Source: an uncultured Candidatus Saccharibacteria bacterium (GTDB lineage Bacteria; Patescibacteriota; Andersenbacteria; UBA10190). From it: 57,563 nt of DNA. The stretch is from contig CAZSUC010000001.1 in assembly GCA_964610055.1 (NCBI GenBank), forward strand, positions 157,304 to 214,866, given 5' to 3'. Shown piece after piece: positions 7,628 through 17,500 of the stretch. The notes below the pieces were generated by a model, which worked only from the letters and a program-made list of their open reading frames with translations, was not told where the DNA came from and ran no database searches. The first letter of the stretch is position 1, and each line of letters begins with the position of its first letter. Made by a program: the position numbers and the translations under genes.

Positions 7628-8491
7628 TTAATTGCAATCGCCTGCTTTTTCAAAGCCCGCTGCTGCCGCTTCGTCCTCTGAACAAAACCATTGTCCACCC
7701 TGGCTTGGTAAAACAATTGTCTTGGCGTACAACCGACACTCATCTGTTCGGTACACATTCTTGCCCATCACGCTCTTTGTGCCTTTTATTACGCACTTGG
7801 TAAGTTCGTTTGTAACTAATAAATCCGAGTCATTTTTTGTCACTTCGCACTGTTTCCAAAGTCCCTTACTGGTCGCGCTGGCATACCGCGCCGCTGACAA
7901 TAACCGATCTGCCAAAATCACGTCTTCTGACACTAATGGGAACCCAAAACCGCCTTCTAAGATTCTCTCGTTTATTAGAATTTCATCCTCCGCTTGAGGC
8001 GGTAAGAGATCCGGTGTGGGCGTAACTTCCGGCATCGTCATTTCTGGCTCCGTTGTCTCCGTCTCTTTTGCTTCTAGCTCTTCTTTCTTTTTATCATCCA
8101 CCATGTACACATATCGTACCCATGCACCGTCAGACGCTCGTTCCAAAGCCGGGTCAATCGCCATCCGCACTTCTTTTCCGATAATCGCTTCCTGCGCCGC
8201 TAAAACTTCGCGGCCGAAGCACTCTACCTTGCTTTGCACGCCCGGCACTCGCACACCTAAATATCGGATCACATGGCCATCCTCTAATTTAATCGTAATC
8301 CCATCAATTATTTCCGCCACCACGCCTCGCTCTGCCGGCGGCGTGTCATTCGGATTTGGAGTTGGACTCATTTCTTCCGTAAAAGATGTTTCTTGAGCCA
8401 AATCCTGCCTTAACCAAATCCCCAATCCAACCACCGCACACACTAATGCGCCTGTCGCCAATCCGCCCCAAAATCCAGCCTTTCCTATCAT
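7628..8491 (-). CDS. Membrane-anchored SNase-like (thermonuclease-fold) protein with non-canonical active-site positions and a C-terminal Cys-containing domain
   Basis: N-terminal TM helix. The SNase-like block is IDGITIKL..IRYLGVRVPG..GREV..GKEV..WVRYVYM...NERILEGGFG. An acidic insert follows. The C-terminal CVIKG...VYRTDEC..Y......WFCSEDEAAAAGF resembles the small domain annotated 'sunset' in Firmicutes nucleases (from memory). Confidence 0.6.
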   Translation of the reverse strand: MIGKAGFWGGLATGALVCAVVGLGIWLRQDLAQETSFTEEMSPTPNPNDTPPAERGVVAEIIDGITIKLEDGHVIRYLGVRVPGVQSKVECFGREVLAAQEAIIGKEVRMAIDPALERASDGAWVRYVYMVDDKKKEELEAKETETTEPEMTMPEVTPTPDLLPPQAEDEILINERILEGGFGFPLVSEDVILADRLLSAARYASATSKGLWKQCEVTKNDSDLLVTNELTKCVIKGTKSVMGKNVYRTDECRLYAKTIVLPSQGGQWFCSEDEAAAAGFEKAGDCN

Positions 8492-8517
8492 AGCTTCCTA
8501 ATATATCAAAACTTCCT

Positions 8518-11500
8518 TTAGTCCGCCCAGAGGAATCCTTTCTCTGTCTCGTCCATGAAGAACTCACCGTGTCGCATGACTTGATCCGTCGTTGGTCGCG
8601 TCTCCAGCTTCATATATCCATCTGCGTTATAAGTACTCAGGACTGTTCCGTCCGTTTCCACCACTCGGAAACAATATGTCTTTGCTCCCGTCGCCCCGTT
8701 ATGCTCTAAGTGAAAGTCATACTCAATGTCATCTCCAGCGCTCGCCCCATTCGGATTATTCTGCGGCGACGCTTTCGAACTCACATAATTTTCCTTTACT
8801 GTCGTCGTACTAATCAAACTGCTCGTCAAAGCATCACCGTCCGTCAGCGACGCATCCGTTCCGTACCGCCAAATCTCGCTTGTTCCCGTATCATCCACAT
8901 CCGTCCATGTTAAGCCGCTATCCGTGCAGCTTCCGCCTGTCCCCGCTTCCGAATATTGCACTTTGAACGCCACCTGCTCCGGTAACAATGCACACGCTCC
9001 CGTCACTTCCAAATTCACCCGGGCGCGTAATTCATCGCCCTTCTGCGCCGTGTCATTTGATGCCGGCAACACACTCATCAATTCATTCTCATCCAAATTC
9101 GGATTTCCCCATGGATCCGTCGGCGTCTGCAAACTGTTATCCACGTACCAGCGCCAATCATTTTGCGTTAATTCAATTCCCGAAATCGTCCAATTCGTGT
9201 TGTTGTCATTCGGCGCAATCACTAATCCATCGCACGAAGTAATCGAACCATTGGCAATAGCCGTATCCCGCACTTCCGCATACTCCACATTTCCCGATCC
9301 CGTATTATCCAAATCCAACGTCCACTGCGTCCCATCCTCGGTTGAAGAAATATTCACCCGGTCATAAATTCCCGATCCATGCACATAAAATGTATTAGTT
9401 ACCGTTTGCGTCTTGCCCGCTTCAAACTCCATCTCCCGATCCGTGCTGTCTGCCACCGCGTCATTCTTCGTGAAGTTGTAGAAGGAAGACGTCCCATATA
9501 CGGTCTGATCCGTCCCATCAAACGTCACCGTGCTATTCTGCGGCACATACGTTCCTTCGTTATACCAATCACCCGCTACATTCATGTTATATGTCGAAAT
9601 ATCCAAACTTCCATCCGCAATCATCAAGTCATTGTTAATATCCAAGCTATTCCCCGCGGTATATGTTCCCGTCGCATCCGGCGTATGCTTCATCGCACCC
9701 ATGTATAAGTGTCGCATTTCTTCGGTGGATAATGCGCGATTGTAAATGCGGACTTCGTCTATTTTGCCGTTAAACCAACTGGCTGTATGGCTTGTACCAA
9801 AACGCTGTATTGTAATAGTGCCTGAATCGGATATAGCTCCGGTTGAAGACTCCGTATTATTTAAGTACACTCGCACGTTATTAGTATTGCGAGTGATGCA
9901 TAGGTACTGCCAAGCTGCTGCTGAGTTTGGCAAAGAATAAGTACGAATTACGTCTACACTTGTTCTTACAGTAAACGTGGTCGAGTTTGCTTCGAAGCGA
10001 TACACTTGTTCGCCACCTACGCCCGCGTTTCCTCCCCAGACTCCGTGAAGCGCGCTAGAGTTATCACGGTATATCCAAGCACATAAGCTTACATCACCTG
10101 TAAAAGTACTAGTAGAAGCGAGCGGTACATAATCATCCGTCCCATCAAAATCCAACGCATACGAATTTGTATAATTCGTCACGGGCAAACTAGAATTCGT
10201 CCACGTTGGCCCATTCGTTAACGTCCCCGTATTCCCATTCCCTGATGAATCCGCCGCACTCGTTCCTGTTCCTTCGTCCAACTTCCAATATCCCACTAAC
10301 CCATACTTCAGCGAATCGCCAAACGAAACATCATACAAACTCTCGTCAATTCCAAACGTATGATTATCTGTATCGTCCACCGTAACCTTGCTCGAATTTG
10401 GCGTAAACGTCCCCGCCGTCTCTAGCAAACCAGCGTAAATATTCCAGTTATGCGACGAATCCGTATCCAGCGTCCCCGCCGTCTGCGCCACAGTCTCATC
10501 CGCGTACAAATGATCCGCCAGCGTCCGGCTGCCATCCGCCACAGTCAAGTTATTAAACGGCTCGCCTCCCGTCTGAATCTCGTAACCAGTCGACGCTCCC
10601 GATAACGTCACCGTTCCGCTCTGCGCCGTAAACTCACCCCCGTCATTCTCCCAATCATTCGCCACATCCACCCCATAATTAGATGATGACACATCCAATG
10701 TTCCGGAAGACAAAATCAATGATCCGTTCACATCCAAACTATCCGCCAGCGTGTATGTTCCCGTTCCCGTCCGTGGCATTGACCCCGAAGCCAACCGCGC
10801 AATCTCTTCCGCTGACAGCGCGCGGTTATATATCCTCACATCGTCCAGTGTCATGTGCTGCGAAGATGATCCTCCTAATTTCCATATTCCATCAGGAACT
10901 AACGGGGTGCCGGATCCTGCTTGTTGATATCCGCCAGAATCAACGTTCACACTATTGACGTAAAAATTATGACTTGATGAAGAAGTAAAATTCCCATTAT
11001 AAGTCAATACAACATTTTGCCACGTATTAAGCGAGAAATCACTAGAACCGGTTCTGTCATAGAGCAATGTTGAACTGCTGAACCATCGAAAAACGAGTTC
11101 CCCTGAAGACTCATCATACACACCAACTTTTATGGCAGTACTCCCACTACTAGTATTTGCTAGCAAAATACTGTCATATCTTGTTTGATCACTAGGGTAA
11201 TACCAAAAACTCAAAGAAAATGCTTGATGTGAATCAAAAACAGGAGATGCAAATTCCACATAATCATTCGTCCCGTCAAAATCCAACGCATATGGACTAT
11301 CAAAATCTAATCCACTCGGTACCGTCGTCGTCCACTCATCCCCATCGCTATTCGTTAATGTCCCCGTATTCCCATACCCTGACGAGTCATTGATTGTTGT
11401 TCCTGTCCCTTCATCAAACTTCCAGTATCCTACCAACCCATCATTGATATACAAATCATTAAAGCTCTCACCATCGCTCGTAATCGTCTCCGCCCCTGTT

Positions 11501-14500
11501 CCATTCATCACCACTCGCCCCGTCGTCGTCACGCTTCCACCCGTCGCGTCCCACGATCCAGCCACATACGCCGTATTCGCTTCCAAATTCAAAGTTCCAT
11601 TAATATCAACATCCGCCACATCAATCGTCCCCCCCGGCGTCATACTGTAATTCTCGGGTATAAACAATTCATTATTTTTATCTCCTCCCGCCAACGTCGC
11701 AATCTCATCTGCCGATAATGCGCGATTATATACTTGTACATCATCAATCTGACCATTGAATGGCCTAACTGATGCACTGCCATTTTCAGAGCCAACTCCC
11801 CAAGCAGTTGTTCCTTTGTCAAAACTCACATCTCCAGCATCAGATTCTCTTAAAGCTCCATCAACATATAATTGTCTCTGTGTTGCGCTACTATCGTCAT
11901 ATATAGCCGTGACATGATACCAGGTATCTTTCACGATTGAACGATACCCATCGCCAGTTTTTGGATTATCAGATGATACTGCAAATTGAAACGCGTCCCC
12001 ATTCGTATCGTCATTATCAAACCATAACAACACACTCGTTCCATCCGCTGCTGTACCTCTATGCCCTATGACTGATCCGTCTGTTGTATCAACATCTATT
12101 TTAACCCAAGCAGACAATGTAAATGATCCATTCGTTGGAATATTTTGATTTCCAATTGATACATAATCATTACTTCCATCAAAATCCAACGCATACGGGT
12201 TCGTAAAGTTAATCTCATCCGGTACCGTCGTCGTCCATGTCGTTCCGTTCGTTAACGTCCCTGTATTTCCGCTTCCCGAAGAGTCCGCTGTTGAAGTTCC
12301 TGTTCCCTCATCAAACTTCCAATAACCTATTAATCCATCATTGAAATCACCGTACATTTGTAACGTTCCGCTCTCGACTGTATACATTCCCGTCACGTCA
12401 CTATCATTTGATCCGGCACTCGTATCCGCCGTATCCAGCTGCGTATTCGTAATCGACCCGTAATTATCGTGTCGCGCAATCAGTCGATTTTCATACACAT
12501 TCAAATCCGTAATGTTTACTCCGTCCGTTACTGACACCGTGACTCCGTTCTCCGGCTCATCATCCAAATAGATCGTCAAAATATCATTGCTGTACACCGT
12601 TAGATCCGCAATCGCAAACGCGCCGCTTTCATCTGTCTCGTCCGTCGTTCCGTGTTTCGTTCCGTTCACCGCCACCGCTACCGTTTTATTCGCCCCAATA
12701 TTTGTTGTCCCCTCATCCGTATACACTACTCCCGATACCGCACATAACTGCCAGATCGTCCAAGCCGTGTTTCCGCCGGAATCGTACACTTCGCAAGCCA
12801 CTATATTCGCTCCCGACACGTTGTTTGAGTCTTTCACGTCTGCTTTTGAGATACTATGATACGAAGCGATTGGCGTCCCATCAATGTCTATAATCCAAGC
12901 GGTATCCGTCACTGATGAGCGCAAATTCACGCGGTCGCTGTCATCAATCCCCGTAATCGTGAATACTCCGCCGGAAGCTATGGTCTGTGTTTTCTCCGCT
13001 TCAAACGTTAACGTTTCATCCGTATCGTCATTCACATCATCCGTCTTCGTGAAGTTATACCATGTTGTATTTCCGTTCACTGCCTGGTCTCCGCCATCAA
13101 ATGTTACGGTTGAATCCGCGTAAGTAAACGTCCCCGTATTACTCCAATCCCCACCCAAGTTAATCATCGTTAGATCACCCTCCCCATCATCCGTCGCATC
13201 CAACGTCCCAATCACCGTTATATCATTCGTAATATCCAAATCATACCCATTGGTATTTAACACATCTCCCGTATTAACTGTTACTGACGTTGCTACCATA
13301 TCTGACGCCAAATCCGTCGTATCCGGCGAAGTTCCTATCGCCACATCTCCCATATCTTGCTTCGTTGTCCCCTCATCCGTAAACGTTAAGTCTCCGTCAA
13401 ACGTTAGTTGTGATCCATTGGTTGATTTGGTGAAGGTGGCGCCGTTGCTTATCGTAAAGTCACCCGCCGCATTTAAGGTGTAATCACTTTGCGCGAATGT
13501 GCCTGACTGTAATTGGAACTCTTCATTCACGTCCGCCGCCGCGCCTAATTGGAATGTATCTAAACCCGCGCTGTCACTAATCACCACATTCTTATACTCC
13601 GTCGAGAAATCAGTAATCGTATGTGTGCTTCCGGTTCCATCCCCGTAAAACTGCACCGTTGATCCGCTCTGCAAATCCAGCGTGCTTCGCGTCACACTCT
13701 CGCTTCCTTGCATCTTTAACGTGTCAGTAACAGTTAAGACATTGGTAGATAGTGCATTCCCCGCCAAATCCAACGTCCCCGCCGTCAACGTCACATCTTG
13801 CGATGTCGCATTCCAATCCGCACTTGAAGCCAACGTCACCGTCCCTCCCGTCTTATTAATTGTTATATCTCCATTCGGTTCATTTCCACCTGCATCCGTA
13901 TATGTTTGGTCGTTTGTCCCTGTGAACTGGAGAAGAGCTGTCCCTCCATCAAACCCAGAGTCCACGGTAACATCTCCTTGAGCCTGGATAGTACCGGTGT
14001 TCACATAACCATTTGTCAAGGTTAATGTATTGGCAATCACAATCGAATCACCACTTAAATTCACCCACCGGGTATTATCCATTGTATTTACCGTCAGGTT
14101 ATAAAACGTCTCCGTCGTTGCCACATTTACATATTGTCTATTACCAGTGAACGCTACTGTTCCGTTATTATGATTAAATGTTCCAGTTCCTGAAGTATGT
14201 GTAAAACCATCATTTGATCCTGAACCTTGATCTGTTCCTATAAAAGTAAGAGTACCAGTAGTTGATGTAACCGTTCCATTCTGCAAATTCAAACCTTCAA
14301 TACTAACATTTGCACTATCAGCAAAACTAATTGTTGTAGTGGAATTATCTAAATAAACCATTGGCAATATAGCACCATCAGGCACTTCAAAACTTTGATC
14401 GCCAGACCCATCAATCTTTAGTACACCCGTTGAACCTCCTCCTGATGTTGAAGCAATTGAAATTGCTCCTTTCGCATTAATTGTGCCGTTATATATAGTT

Positions 14501-17500
14501 CCTTGTGTAAATGTAAATAAATTATTTACAACCAGTGAATCACCACTTAAATTCACCCACCGGGTATTATCCATTGTATTTACCGTCAGGTTATAAAACG
14601 TCTCCGTCGTTGCCACATTTACATATTGTCTATTACCAGTGAACGCTACTGTTCCGTTATTATGATTAAATGTTCCAGTTCCTGAAGTATGTGTGAAATC
14701 GTCCTTGCCATCATCTTGGCCAATAATTGTTAATATTCCAGAAGTCGATGTAAACGTTCCTAATGTTAATGCAAAAGTTGTGCTAATCGTTATCGCCCCA
14801 CTCCCCCCCGTAAAGGTTCCGTCTGCCTGATCCCATCCTGAAGTTCCTATCGTAATTGTGTAACTGGTATCTTGCGTAATCGTTCCTGTATATCCGCTGT
14901 TTATATCAATTCCTGCCACGTTTATATTCGCGTTAATCGTCACATCTTTCGTGCTAGTACTGTCAAATGTCGCAATGTCACTGCTTGTTGGCGCTGTATC
15001 GTTCGTCCAGTTAGCTGCTTCTGACCAGTTATTTGTGCTACCGCCGCCATCCCATGTCACCACCGCATCCGAAGCCAGTTGCCACGCTCGCGGTTCTGTC
15101 CAATCGCCCACCGTTAACTCACCTAAGAGGTAAAACTCTGGACTCTTATCCGGTGCGTTAAATGTATATGACAACGTTGTGCTTTCTCCGGCCTTAATCG
15201 CTACGTTAGTCCATGTAATTTGATTTTCTTGTACGCTGATTATTGGCTCTTCATTCCCGATTGTTTCAACTGTTTCAACAGTTTTCTCCACTTCCTCTAC
15301 TTCTTCTGTGTCTTCTGTATCAGCTTCTTCTTCCTCTTCCTCTATCACTTCTTCTTCAATCTGCGTTTCCGGTGTTGGTTCAATTGACGGACTTGGACTT
15401 ATAGACGAATCTATTTCCTCCACTCCTTCTGTGTCTTCTGTATCAGTCGCTTCTTCCACTTCCTCTACTTCTTCTGTTGCTTCTTCCTGAGCCGCTTCTA
15501 CTGCCGCTGTCATTTCCTCTTCTGCTTCTTCATCCGGCCCCCCGACCGCATTCATTAAATCGTTTAATCCGCCATTAATCACAAAATCAGCCGGAATTTG
15601 CTCTGTTACTGTGCCGTTAAAATCTTCTGCGGCTGTTACTTTTATTGCTACTGTATAATCTTCAACCGGATAAATTCGAGTTGCCGCCGTTCGCTCCACC
15701 ACAAACGGCGCACTTTCTGTTACTTCAAAAGATTGTGCCATTGTGCGTGCGCCATTCTCGTTCACCGCTGTGACTACTACCATGTACTGGCCGTTTTCCG
15801 CTGTCGTGTATGCTGCTTTATAATCCGGTTCATCTGTGACGGAAACGCGCGAACAGCTTTCTGATCGCGTTATTCCCGCTTCTTCCGTCTCTTCAGTTTG
15901 TTCTTCTTCTTGCTCTTCTCCCTCCGCCTCTTCTACTTCACCTTCTTCGCTTTCTTCTTTTATTTCCGCTGTTTCTAACACTGTTTTTGCCCCGGAAGGA
16001 CTGGTAATTTCTAACGTCACATCCGCATCACATACCGTGTGCCCCCAGTCATCCAAAACACCAATGCCAATTTCCGCTGTTTCGCCTGATTTATACGTTG
16101 ATTTGTCCAAATTCATCGCTAAAACACCCCACGTAAAGTCTTGCTCAAATGTAACCGCTTCATTTTCGTTAATTGCATCGGTTAATTGCACGCGCAACGT
16201 ATATTTACCTGGCCGAAAATCTTGCTCCGGCTTTGGCACTTCAATAACCGTCTCTCCGTCTTCGTTATTCAGTAAAATTGGCCGAATATTTGTTTCTTCG
16301 CCCTCTGGATCTAACACCACCGCTCCCATAATCGTCTCTGCTGCTGTTTCTTCGTACGCCGCTTGTGCCTCCGACCCCACTATGCTACTAACCAGATCTA
16401 GTCCCCATTCTAACCAGCCATCCGGGTTTTCTGTGTCTTCAGTTTCTTCCACTTCTACCTTAAATTCCTGAGTTTCTCCCGCTTTTTCCGGATCTTGCGG
16501 CGTTAACTTTACTTTCTTCGCCTCTTTATCTGTTTCCAGATGGAATTGAACTGGTTCATTTGCATTAAACTGCACTAATTCTTCCGCTACCAATCGAATA
16601 TCGCTTTCTTCCGCTTTTGCCGCTTCGTCCGTTTCTTCGGCTTCATCATTACTGTCTGTATCCTGATTAACTGTGCTTAAAGGCGGCAATAATCGGCCGA
16701 TTGATACTTCCGGCAAAGTAATACCATTCTCTGCTAACGTCTCATTTGCCTTATTTAACGCACTTTCCGCTGATTCTGCGGGATCCAAATCTAATTCCAA
16801 AGTTACTGGTTCTGGTTCCGGCAATGCAACTGCCGCTGTCATTTCTGCAAAATCATTCCAACCGCTTGTTCCGCCTGATTCATAGCAATAGTCATCACAA
16901 GTCACCTTTTTCGGACTCACATTCAGGATATCTTCAAACAATACGTATTGCAGGTCAGTCGCTCCGCGCGGATCCAACATTGCCGGTTCGCCTGAACTGC
17001 TGGCTGCAACTGTTAACAAATTCTCCGTTCCTACCCCAGCCACCACTGGTGCTCCTCCTTTTAGTGACAATGTTCCCTTCACTGTCAGCGTGCTGCCGGA
17101 TTGAATGGTGAGCGTCTGTCCGACCTGAGCAATTTTACTTAGGTTATTAAATGTCGCCGTGCCTGATACCAACTGTCCGATCCCGTTCAAACTTACTGTT
17201 CCATTGTTGTGTTCAAACTCTCCCGCGATCAATGCCAAATTTCTCTTCACGCTTAAGGTTCCACTAGTCGCGATAAACTTTCCTCCCAGCAGAGTGAATG
17301 ACCCCAGCACTTCCATTGGTGATGGGCCTGATTCAAATGTGCCACCGTCTTGGCGAAAACCTTCCAGTCCAATTGTAATACGCTTCCCCGATCTAACTTC
17401 TATTTTGCTTGGGTATTCACTGCGAATATCTAAACCAGCAACGCTTACGTCCGTATCAATTACGACATCGTGATCGCTTGTTTCGTCAAAAGTCGCAATA

